Origin: Antedon mediterranea
Lineage: Eukaryota > Animalia > Echinodermata
Assembly: GCF_964355755.1 (NCBI RefSeq)
Contig: NC_092671.1
Span: forward strand, 25,060,070-25,124,069
DNA: 64,000 nt
Reading direction: 5' to 3'
Notes under the pieces: model-generated
Database searches by the model: none
Seen by the model: the letters and a program-made list of their open reading frames with translations, nothing else
What the model was told of the DNA's origin: nothing
Part shown: one piece after another, positions 51,201 to 64,000 of the stretch
How the letters are laid out: each line of letters begins with the position of its first letter
How positions within the stretch are numbered: the first letter of the stretch is position 1
Program-made: the position numbers and the translations under genes

Positions 51201-54200
51201 TACAGTCGAGTTATGCTGTGTTTCTATGGATCAAATCGACAATAAAACTATAAATTGTTTGCCTCGGCCGGGAATCGAACCCGGGACAACTGCTTGGGAG
51301 GCAACTATGTTAACCACTACACCACATTACAATGGAGTTATTCTGTTTTTCTACAGATCACATTGACTAATAAACTTTGAAAACATTGCGTCGGCAAGGA
51401 ATTGAACCCGGGACAATTGCTTGGAACGCAACTATGTTAACCACTACACAACCGACGTCGTACTACAGTCGAGTTATGCTGTGTTTCTATGGATCAAATC
51501 GACAATAAAACTATAAAATGTTTGCGTCGGCCGGTAATCGAACCCGGGACAATTGCTTGGAAGGCAACTATGTTAACCACTACACCACCGACGAGCGTAC
51601 TACAGTCGAGTTATGCTGTGTTTCTATGGAACAAATCGACAATAAAACTATAAAATGTTTGCGTCGGCCGGGAATGGAACCCGGGACAATTGCTTGGAAG
51701 GCAACTATGTTAACCACTACACCACCGACGCGCGTACTACAGTCGAGTTATGCTGTGTTTCTATGGATCAAATCGACAATAAAACTATAAAATGTTTGCG
51801 TCGGCCGGGAATCGAACCCGGGACAATTGCTTGGAAGGCAACTATGTTAACCACTACACCACCGACGCGCGTACTACAGTCGAGTTATGCTGTGTTTCTA
51901 TGGATCAAATCGACAATAAAACTATAAAATTTTTGCGTCGGCCGTGAATCGAACCCGGGACAATTGCTTGGAAGGCAACTATGTTAACCACTACACCACC
52001 GACGCGCGAACTACAGTCGAGTTATGCTGTGTTTCTATGGATCAAATCGACAATAAAACTATAAAATGTTTGCGTCGGCCGGGAATCGAACCCGGGACAA
52101 TTGCTTGGAAGGCAACTATGTTAACCACTACACCACCGACGCGCGAACTACAGTGGAGTTATGCTGTGTTTCTATGGATCAAATCGACAATAAAACTATA
52201 AAATGTTTGCGTCGGCCGGGAATCGAACCCGGGACAATTGCTTGGAAGGCAACTATGTTAACCACTACACCACCGACGCGCGAACTACAGTGGAGTTATG
52301 CTGTGTTTCTATGGATCAAATCGACAATAAAACTATAAATTGTTTGCGTCGGCCGGGAATCGAACCCGGGACAACTGCTTGGGAGGCAACTATGTTAACC
52401 ACTACACCACATTACAATGGAGTTATTCTGTGTTTCTACAGTTCACATTGACTAATAAACTTTGAAAACATTGCGTCGGCAAGGAATTGAACCCGGGACA
52501 ATTGCTTGGAACGCAACTATGTTAACCACTACACAACCGACGTCGTATACAGTCGAGTTATGCTGTGTTTCTATGGATCAAATCGACAATAAAACTATAA
52601 ATGTTTGCGTCGGCCGGTAATAGAACCCGGGACAATTGCTTGGAAGGAAACTATGTTAACCACTACACCACCGACGAGCGTACTACAGTCGAGTTATGCT
52701 GTGTTTCTATGGAACAAATCGACAATAAATCTATAAAATGTTTGCGTCAGCCGGGAATGGAACCCGGGAGAATTGCTTGGAAGGCAACTATGTTAACCAC
52801 TACACCACCGACGCGCGTACTACAGTCGAGTTATGCTGTGTTTCTATGGATCAAATCGATAATAAAACTATAAAATGTTTGCGTCGGCCGGGAATCGAAC
52901 CCGGGACAATTGCTTGGAAGGCAACTATGTTAACCACTACACCACCGACGCGCGTACTACAGTCGAGTTATGCTGTGTTTCTATGGATCAAATCGATAAT
53001 AAAACTATAAAATGTTTGCGTCGGCCGGGAATCGAACCCGGGACAATTGCTTGGAAGGCAACTATGTTAACCACTACACCACCGACGCGCGTACTACAGT
53101 CGAGTTATGCTGTGTTTCTATGGATCAAATCGACAATAAAACTATAAAATGTTTGCGTCGGCCGGGAATCGAACCCGGGACAATTGCTTGGAAGGCAACT
53201 ATGTTAACCACTACACCACCGACGCGCGTACTACAGTCGAGTTATGCTGTGTTTCTATGGATCAAATCGACACTAAAACTATGCAATGTTTGCGTCGGCC
53301 GGGAATCGAACCCGGGACAAATGCTTGGAAGGCAACTATGTTAACCACTACACCACCGACGCGCGAACTACAGTGGAGTTATGCTGTATTTCTATGGATC
53401 AAATCGACAATAAAACTATAAAATGTTTGCGTCGACCGGTAATCGAACCCGGGACAAATGCTTGGAAGGCAACTATGTTAACCACTACACCACCGACGCG
53501 CGTACTACAGTCGAGTTATGCTGTGTTTCTATGGATCAAATCGACAATAAAACTATAAAATGTTTGCGTCGTACGGGAATCGAACCCGGGACAATTGCTT
53601 GGAAGGCAACTATGTTAACCACTACACCACCGACGCGCGTACTACAGTCGAGTTATGCTGTGTTTCTATGGATCAAATCGACACTAAAACTATGCAATGT
53701 TTGCGTCGGCCGGGAATCGAACCCGGGACAATTGCTTGGAAGGCAACTATGTTAACCACTACACCACCGACGCGCGAACTACAGTGGAGTTATGCTGTGT
53801 TTCTACAGATCAAATCGACAATAAAACTATAAATTGTTTGCGTCGGTCGGGAATCGAACCCGGGACAATTGCTTGGAAGGCAACTATGTTAACCACTACA
53901 CGACCGACGCAGGTACTACAGTCGAGTTATGCTGTGTTTCTATGGATCAAATCGACAATAAAATTATAAAATGTGTGCGTTGGCCGGGAATCGAATCCGG
54001 GACAATTGCTTGGAAGGCAACTATGTTAACCACTACACCACCGACGCGCGTACTACAGTCGAGTTATGCTGTGTTTCTATGGATCAAATCGACAATAAAA
54101 CTATAAAATGTCTGCGTCGGCCGGGAATCGAACCCGGGACAATTGCTTGGAAGTCAACTATGTTAACCACTACACCAACGACGCGTGTATTACAGTCGAG

Positions 54201-57200
54201 TTATGCTGTGATTCTATGGATCAAATCGACAATAAAACTATGCAATGTTTGCGTCGGCCGGGAATCGAACCCTGGAGAATTGCTTGGTAGGCAACTATGT
54301 TAACCACTACAGCACCGACGCACGCATTATAATCGGGTTATGCTGTATTTCCATGGATCAAATTGACAATAAAACTATAATATGTCTGCGTCGGACGGGA
54401 ATCGAACCCGGGACAATTGCTTGGAAGGCAACTATGTTAACCACTACACCACCGACGCGCGAACTACAGTCGAGTTATGCTGTGTTTCTATGGATCAAAT
54501 CGACACTAAAACTATGCAATGTTTGCGTCGGCCGGGAATCGAACCCGGGACAATTGCTTGGAAGGCAACTATGTTAACCACTACACCACCGACGCGCGAA
54601 CTACAGTGGAGTTATGCTGTGTTTCTACAGATCAAATCGACAATAAAACTATAAATTGTTTGCGTCGGTCGGGAATCGAACCCGGGACAATTGCTTGGAA
54701 GGCAACTATGTTAACCACTACACGACCGACGCAGGTACTACAGTCGAGTTATGCTGTGTTTCTCTGGATCAAATCGACAATAAAATTATAAAATGTGTGC
54801 GTTGGCCGGGAATCGAACCCTGGAGAATTGCTTGGTAGGCAACTATGTTAACCACTACAGCACCGACGCACGCATTATAATCGGGTTATGCTGTATTTCC
54901 ATGGATCAAATTGACAATAAAACTATAATATGTCTGCGTCGGACGGGAATCGAACCCGGGACAATTGCTTGGAAGGCAACTATGTTAACCACTACACCAC
55001 CGATGCGCGAACTACAGTCGAGTTATGCTGTGTTTCTATGGATCAAATCGACAATAAAACTATAAAATGTTTGCGTCGGCCGGGAATCGAACCCGGGACA
55101 ATTGCTTGGAAGGCAACTATGTTAACCACTACACCACCGACGCGCGTACTACAGTCGAGTTATGCTGTGTTTCTATGGATCAAATCGATAATAAAACTAT
55201 AAAATGTTTGCGTCGGCCGGGAATCGAACCCGGGACAATTGCTTGGAAGGCAACTATGTTAACCACTACACCACCGACGCGCGAACTACAGTGGAGTTAT
55301 GCTGTGTTTCTACAGATCAAATCGACAATAAAACTATAAATTGTTTGCGTCGGTCGGGAATCGAACCCGGGACAATTGCTTGGAAGGCAACTATGTTAAC
55401 CACTACACGACCGACGCAGGTACTACAGTCGAGTTATGCTGTGTTTCTCTGGATCAAATCGACAATAAAATTATAAAATGTGTGCGTTGGCCGGGAATCG
55501 AACCCTGGAGAATTGCTTGGTAGGCAACTATGTTAACCACTACAGCACCGACGCACGCATTATAATCGGGTTATGCTGTATTTCCATGGATCAAATTGAC
55601 AATAAAACTATAATATGTCTGCGTCGGACGGGAATCGAACCCGGGACAATTGCTTGGAAGGCAACTATGTTAACCACTACACCACCGATGCGCGAACTAC
55701 AGTCGAGTTATGCTGTGTTTCTATGGATCAAATCGACAATAAAACTATAAAATGTTTGCGTCGGCCGGGAATCGAACCCGGGACAATTGCTTGGAAGGCA
55801 ACTATGTTAACCACTACACCACCGACGCGCGTACTACAGTCGAGTTATGCTGTGTTTCTATGGATCAAATCGATGATAAAACTATAAAATGTTTGCGTCG
55901 GCCGGGAATCGAACCCGGGACAATTGCTTGGAAGGCAACTATGTTAACCACTACACCACCGACGCGCGTACTACAGTCGAGTTATGCTGTGTTTCTATGG
56001 ATCAAATCGACAATAAAACTATAAAATGTTTGCGTCGGCCGGGAATCGAACCCGGGACAATTGCTTGGAAGGCAACTATGTTAACCACTACACAACCGAC
56101 GCGCGTACTACAGTCGAGTTATGCTGTGTTTCTATGGATCAAATCGACACTAAAACTATGCAATGTTTGCGTCGGCCGGGAATCGAACCCGGGACAAATG
56201 CTTGGAAGGCAACTATGTTAACCACTACACCACCGACGCGCGAACTACAGTGGAGTTATGCTGTATTTCTATGGATCAAATCGACAATAAAACTATAAAA
56301 TGTTTGCGTCGACCGGTAATCGAACCCGGAACAATTGCTTGGAAGGCAACTATGTTAACCACTACACCACCGACGCGCGTACTACAGTCGAGTTATGCTG
56401 TGTTTCTATGGATCAAATCGACAATAAAACTATAAAATGTTTGCGTCGTACGGGAATCGAACCCGGGACAATTGCTTGGAAGGCAACTATGTTAACCACT
56501 ACACCACCGACGCGCGTACTACAGTCGAGTTATGCTGTGTTTCTATGGATGAAATCGACACTAAAACTATGCAATGTTTGCGTCGGCCGGGAATCGAACC
56601 CGGGACAATTGCTTGGAAGGCAACTATGTTAACCACTACACCACCGACGCGCGAACTACAGTGGAGTTATGCTGTGTTTCTACAGATCAAATCGACAATA
56701 AAACTATAAATTGTTTGCGTCGGTCGGGAATCGAACCCGGGACAATTGCTTGGAAGGCAACTATGTTAACCACTACACGACCGACGCAGGTACTACAGTC
56801 GAGTTATGCTGTGTTTCTATGGATCAAATCGACAATAAAATTATAAAATGTGTGCGTTGGCCGGGAATCGAATCCGGGACAATTGCTTGGAAGGCAACTA
56901 TGTTAACCACTACACCACCGACGCGCGTACTACAGTCGAGTTATGCTGTGTTTCTATGGATCAAATCGACAATAAAACTATAAAATGTCTGCGTCGGCCG
57001 GGAATCGAACCCGGGACAATTGCTTGGAAGTCAACTATGTTAACCACTACACCAACGACGCGTGTATTACAGTCGAGTTATGCTGTGATTCTATGGATCA
57101 AATCGACAATAAAACTATGCAATGTTTGCGTCGGCCGGGAATCGAACCCTGGAGAATTGCTTGGTAGGCAACTATGTTAACCACTACAGCACCGACGCAC

Positions 57201-60200
57201 GCATTATAATCGGGTTATGCTGTATTTCCATGGATCAAATTGACAATAAAACTATAATATGTCTGCGTCGGACGGGAATCGAACCCGGGACAATTGCTTG
57301 GAAGGCAACTATGTTAACCACTACACCACCGACGCGCGAACTACAGTCGAGTTATGCTGTGTTTCTATGGATCAAATCGACACTAAAACTATGCAATGTT
57401 TGCGTCGGCCGGGAATCGAACCCGGGACAATTGCTTGGAAGGCAACTATGTTAACCACTACACCACCGACGCGCGAACTACAGTGGAGTTATGCTGTGTT
57501 TCTACAGATCAAATCGACAATAAAACTATAAATTGTTTGCGTCGGTCGGGAATCGAACCCGGGACAATTGCTTGGAAGGCAACTATGTTAACCACTACAC
57601 GACCGACGCAGGTACTACAGTCGAGTTATGCTGTGTTTCTCTGGATCAAATCGACAATAAAATTATAAAATGTGTGCGTTGGCCGGGAATCGAACCCTGG
57701 AGAATTGCTTGGTAGGCAACTATGTTAACCACTACAGCACCGACGCACGCATTATAATCGGGTTATGCTGTATTTCCATGGATCAAATTGACAATAAAAC
57801 TATAATATGTCTGCGTCGGACGGGAATCGAACCCGGGACAATTGCTTGGAAGGCAACTATGTTAACCACTACACCACCGATGCGCGAACTACAGTCGAGT
57901 TATGCTGTGTTTCTATGGATCAAATCGACAATAAAACTATAAAATGTTTGCGTCGGCCGGGAATCGAACCCGGGACAATTGCTTGGAAGGCAACTATGTT
58001 AACCACTACACCACCGACGCGCGTACTACAGTCGAGTTATGCTGTGTTTCTATGGATCAAATCGATAATAAAACTATAAAATGTTTGCCTCGGCCGGGAA
58101 TCGAACCCGGGACAATTGCTTGGAAGGCAACTATGTTAACCACTACACCACCGACGCGCGTACTACAGTCGAGTTATGCTGTGTTTCTATGGATCAAATC
58201 GACAATAAAACTATAAAATGTTTGCGTCGGCCGGGAATCGAACCCGGGACAATTGCTTGGAAGGCAACTATGTTAACCACTACACCACCGACGCGCGTAC
58301 TACAGTCGAGTTATGCTGTGTTTCTATGGATCAAATCGACACTAAAACTATGCAATGTTTGCGTCGGCCGGGAATCGAACCCGGGACAAATGCTTGGAAG
58401 GCAACTATGTTAACCACTACACCACCGACGCGCGAACTACAGTGGAGTTATGCTGTATTTCTATGGATCAAATCGACAATAAAACTATAAAATGTTTGCG
58501 TCGACCGGGAATCGAACCCAGGACAACTGCCAGGGAGGCAACTATGTTAACAACTACACCACATTACAATGGAGTTATTCTGTGTTTCTACAGATCACAT
58601 TGACTAATAAACTTTGGAAACATTGCGTCGGCCAGGAATTGAACCCGGGACAATTGCTCGGAACGCAACTATGTTAACCACTACACAACCGACGTCGTAC
58701 TACAGTCGAGTTATGCTGTGTTTCTATGGATCAAATCGACAATAAAACTATAAAATGTTTGCGTCGGCCGGGAATCGAACCCGGGACAATTGCTTGGAAG
58801 TCAACTATGTTAACCACTACACCAACGACGCGTGTATTACAGTCGAGTTATTCTGTGTTTCTATGGATCAAATCGACAATAAAACTATGCAATGTTTGCG
58901 TCGGCCGGGAATCGAACCCTGGAGAATTGCTTGGTAGGCAACTATGTTAACCACTACAGCACCGACGCACGCATTATAATCGGGTTATGCTGTATTTCCA
59001 TGGATCAAATTGACAATAAAACTATAATTTGTCTGCGTCGGACGGGAATCGAACCCGGGACAATTGCTTGGAAGGCAACTATGTTAACCACTACACCACC
59101 GACGCGCGAACTACAGTCGAGTTATGCTGTGTTTCTATGGATCAAATCGACAATAAAACTATAAAATGTTTGCGTCGGCCGGGAATCGAACCCGGGACAA
59201 TTGCTTGGAAGGCAACTATGTTAACCACTACACCACCGACGCGCGTACTACAGTCGAGTTATGCTGTGTTTCTATGGATCAAATCGACAATAAAACTATA
59301 AAATGTTTGCGTCGGCCGGGAATCGAACCCGGGACAATTGCTTGGAAGGCAACTATGTTAACCACTACACCACCGACGCGCGTACTACAGTCGAGTTATG
59401 CTGTGTTTCTATGGATCAAATCGACAATAAAACTATAAAATGTTTGCGTCGGCCGGGAATCGAACCCGGGACAATTGCTTGGAAGGCAACTATGTTAACC
59501 ACTACACCACCGACGCGCGTACTACAGTCGAGTTATGCTGTGTTTCTATGGATCAAATCGACACTAAAACTATGCAATGTTTGCGTCGGCCGGGAATCGA
59601 ACCCGGGACAAATGCTTGGAAGGCAACTATGTTAACCACTACACCACCGACGCGCGAACTACAGTGGAGTTATGCTGTGTTTCTATGGATCAAATCGACA
59701 ATAAAACTATAAAATGTTTGCGTCGACCGGGAATCGAACCCAGGACAACTGCCAGGGAGGCAACTATGTTAACAACTACACCACATTACAATGGAGTTAT
59801 TCTGTGTTTCTACAGATCACATTGACTAATAAACTTTGGAAACATTGCGTCGGCCGGGAATTGAACCCGGGACAATTGCTCGGAATGCAACTATGTTAAC
59901 CACTACACAACCGACGTCGTACTACAGTCGAGTTATGCTGTGTTTCTATGGATCAAATCGACAATAAAACTATAAAATGTTTGCGTCGGCCGGGAATCGA
60001 ACCCGGGACAATTGCTTGGAAGTCAACTATGTTAACCACTACACCAACGACGCGTGTATAACAGTCGAGTTATGCTGTGTTTCTATGGATCAAATCGACA
60101 ATAAAACTATGCAATGTTTGCGTCGGCCGGGAATCGAACCCTGGAGAATTGCTTGGTAGGCAACTATGTTAACCACTACAGCACCGACGCACGCATTATA

Positions 60201-63200
60201 ATCGGGTTATGCTGTATTTCCATGGATCAAATTGACAATAAAACTATAATATGTCTGCGTCGGACGGGAATCGAACCCGGGACAATTGCTTGGAAGGCAA
60301 CTATGTTAACCACTACACCACCGACGCGCGAACTACAGTCGAGTTATGCTGTGTTTCTATGGATCAAATCGACAATAAAACTATAAAATGTTTGCGTCGG
60401 CCGGGAATCGAACCCGGGACAATTGCTTGGAAGGCAACTATGTTAACCTCTACACCACCGACGCGCGTACTACAGTCCAGTTATGCTGTGTTTCTATGGA
60501 TCAAATCGACAATAAAACTATAAAATGTTTGCGTCGACCGGGAATCGAACCCGGGACAATTGCTTGGAAGGCAACTATGTTAACCACTACACCACCGACG
60601 CACGTACTACAGTCGCGTTATGCTGTGTTTCTATGGATTAAATCGATAATAAAACTATAAAATGTTTGCGTCGGCCGGGAATCGAACCCATGACAACTGC
60701 TTGGGAGGCAACTATGTTAACCACTACAACACATTACAATGGAGTTATTCTGTGTTTCTACAGATCACATTGACTAATAAACTTTGAAAACATTGCGTCG
60801 GCCAGGAATTGAACCCGGGACAATTGCTTGGAACGCAACTATGTTAATAAATCCACTACACAACCGACGTCGTACTACAGTCGAGTTATGCTGTGTTTCT
60901 ATGGATCAAATCGACAATAAAACTATAAAATGTTTGCGTCGGCCGGTAATCGAACCCGGGGGACAATTATTTTCTTGGAAGGCAACTATGTTAACCACTA
61001 CACCACCGACGAGCGTACTACAGTCGAGTTATGCTGTGTTTCTATGGAACAAATCGACAATAAAACTATAAAATGTTTGCGTCGGACGGGAATCGAACCC
61101 GGGACAATTGCTTGGAAGGCAACTATGTTAACCACTACACCACCGACGCGCATACTACAGCCGAGTTATGCTGTGTTTCTATGGATCAAATCGACAATAA
61201 AACTATAAAATGTTTGCGTCGGCCGGGAATCGAACCGGGACAATTGCTTGGAAGGCAACTATGTTAACCACTACACCACCGACGCGCGAACTACAGTCGA
61301 GTTATGCTGTGTTTCTATGGATCAAATCGACAATAAAACTATAAAATGTTTACGTCGGCCGGGAATCGAACCCGGGACAACTGCTTGGAAGGCAACTATG
61401 TTAACCACTACACCACCGACGCACGTACTACAGTCGCGTTATGCTGTGTTTCTATGGATTAAATCGACAATAAAACTATAAAATGTTTGTGTCGCCCGGG
61501 AATCGAACCTAGGACAACTGCTTGGCAGGCAACTATGTTAACCACTACACCACATTACAATGGAGTTATTCTGTGTTTCTATAGATCACATTGACTAATA
61601 AACTTTGAAAACATTGGGTCGGCCGGGAATTGAACCCGGGACAATTGATTGAAACGCAACTATGTTAAAACCACTACACAACCGACGTCGTACTACAGTC
61701 GATTAATGCTGTGTTTCTATGGATCAAATCGACAATAAAACTATAAAATGTTTGCGTCGGCCGGGAATCGAACCCGGGACAATTGCTTGGAAGGCAACTA
61801 TGTTAACCACTACACCACCGACGCGCATACTACAGCCGAGTTATGCTGTGTTTCTATGGATCAAATCGACAATAAAACTATAAAATGTTTGCGTCGGCCG
61901 GGAATCGAACCGGGACAATTGCTTGGAAGGCAACTATGTTAACCACTACACCACCGACGCGCGAACTACAGTCGAGTTATGCTGTGTTTCTATGGATCAA
62001 ATCGACAATAAAACTATAAAATGTTTACGTCGGCCGGGAATCGAACCCGGGACAACTGCTTGGAAGGCAACTATGTTAACCACTACACCACCGACGCACG
62101 CATTATAATCGGGTTATGCTGTATTTCCATGGATCAAATTGACAATAAAACTATAATTTGTCTGCGTCGGACGGGAATCGAACCCGGGACAATTGCTTGG
62201 AAGGAGACTATGTTAACCACTACACCACCGACGCGCGAACTACAGTCGAGTTATGCTGTGTTTCTATGGATCAAATCGACAATAAAACTATAAAATGTTT
62301 GCGTCGGCCGGGAATCGAACCCGGGACAATTGCTTGGAAGGCAACTATGTTAACCACTACACCACCGACGCGCGTACTACAGTCGAGTTATGCTGTGTTT
62401 CTATGGATCAAATCGACAATAAAACTGTAAAATGTTTGCGTCGGCCGGGAATCGAACCCGGGACAATTGCTTGGAAGGCAACTATGTTAACCACTACACC
62501 ACCGACGCGCATACTACAGCCGAGTTATGCTGTGTTTCTATGGATCAAATCGACAATAAAACTATAAAATGTTTGCGTCGGCCGGGAATCGAACCCGGGA
62601 CAATTGCTTGGAAGGCAACTATGTTAACCACTACACCACCGACGCGCGTACTACAGTCGAGTTATGCTGTGTTTCTATGGATCAAATCGACAATAAAACT
62701 ATAAAATGTTTGCCTCGGCAGAGAATCGAACCAGAGACAATTGCTTGGCAGGCAACTATGTTAACCACTACACCACATTACAATGGAGTTATTCTGTTTT
62801 TCTATAGATCACATTGACTAATAAACTTTGAAAACATTGGGTCGGCCGGGAATTGAACCCGGGACAATTGATTGAAACGCAACTAACCACTACACAACCG
62901 ACGTCGTACTACAGTCGAGTAATGCTGTGTTTCTATGGATCAAATCGACAATAAAACTATAAAATGTTTGCGTCGGCCGGAAATCGAACCCGGGACAATT
63001 GCTTGGAAGGCAACTATGTTAACCACTACACCACCGACGCGCCTACTACAGTCGAGTTATGCTGTGTTTCTATGGATCAAATCGACAATAAAACTATAAA
63101 ATGTTTGCGTCGGCCGGGAATCGCACCCGGGACAATTGCTTGGAAGGCAACTATGTTAACCACTACACCACCGACGCGCGTACTACAGTCGAGTTATGCT

Positions 63201-64000
63201 GTGTTTCTATGGATCAAATCGACAATAAAACTATAAAATGTTTGCGTCGGCCGGGAATCGAAGCCGGGAAAATTGCTTGGAAGGCAACTATGTTAACCAC
63301 TACACCACCGACGCGCGTACTACAGTCGCGTTATGCTGTGTTTCTATGGATTAAGTCGACAATAAAACTATAAAATGTTTGCGTCGGCCGGGAATCGAAC
63401 CCATGACAACTGCTTGGGAGGCAACTATGTTAACCACAACACCACATTACAATGGAGTTATTCTGTGTTTTTACAGATCACATTGACTAATAAACTTTGA
63501 AAACATTGCGTCGGCCAGGAATTGAACCCTGGACAATTGCTTGGAACGCAACTATGTTAAAACCACTACACAACCGACGTCGTACTACAGTCGAGTTATA
63601 CTGTGTTTCTATGGAAAAAATCGACAATAAAACTATAAAATGTTTGCGTCGGCCGGGAATCGAACCCGGGACAATTGCTTGGAAGGCAACTATGTTAACC
63701 ACTACACCACCGACGCGCCTACTACAGTCGAGTTATGCTGTGTTTCTATGGATCAAATCGACAATAAAACTATAAAATGTTTACGTCGGCCGGGAATCGA
63801 ACCCGGGACAATTGCTTGGAAGGCAACTATGTTAACCACTACACCACCGACGCGCGAACTACAGTCGAGTTATGCTGTGTTTCTATGGATCAAATCGACA
63901 ATAAAACTATAAAATGTTTGCGTCGGCCGGGAATCGAACCCGGGACAATTGCTTGGAAGGCAACTATGTTAACCACTACACCACCGACGCGCGTACTACA
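42287..64000 (-). tRNA. Tandem array of about 158 tRNA-Gly(TCC) genes and pseudogenes, 137-bp unit, running off the window end
   Basis: Reverse complement of the same unit as 36481-38553. Many copies match the consensus exactly; higher-order repeats present. Count is estimated as length/137. Confidence 0.96.
42576..42647 (-). tRNA. tRNA-Gly(TCC), representative intact copy
   Basis: Exact reverse complement of the consensus cloverleaf. Confidence 0.93.

Noticed and set aside
36481-64000. Dozens of 60-136 aa ORFs (MFASAGNRTRDNCLEGNY...)
   Set aside because: They are antisense translations of the 137-bp tRNA unit. The period is not a multiple of 3, and indels are freely tolerated.
36481-64000. 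CRISPR-like repeat/spacer array
   Set aside because: The spacers are near-identical rather than unique, the repeat is a eukaryotic tRNA, and there are no cas genes; the context is a spliced animal gene.

Overview
AT-rich, intron-rich animal genomic DNA (invertebrate, possibly an echinoderm-like deuterostome; taxon is inference). It holds two spliced genes facing away from each other: a complete 5-coding-exon NXPE-family (PC-esterase/SGNH) gene on the minus strand (8061-12003, about 596 aa), and the first 8 coding exons of an NMDA-receptor GluN1 (GRIN1) gene on the plus strand (25438-36426). About 55 bp after the GRIN1 exon encoding the S1 glycine-binding motif (APLTINKER), a very large 137-bp tandem array begins. 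Each unit is a 72-nt tRNA-Gly(TCC) gene plus a spacer with T4 runs. About 15 units lie on + (36481-38553) and about 158 on - (42287 to the window end). The two blocks are joined by a fold-back inversion, interrupted by a 3.7-kb insert that contains a defective AcademX transposon (3-bp TSD TAC). The array has higher-order repeats and anticodon variants, including otherwise intact copies with TTA (ochre) and TTC (Glu) anticodons. The rest of the window has decayed LINEs, tRNA-derived SINEs, MITEs, a head-to-tail Helitron dimer, a foldback-like element, 23-bp and 55-bp minisatellites, and many TA>TAGGCCTA micro-insertions. Most ORF-track entries are repeat artefacts.
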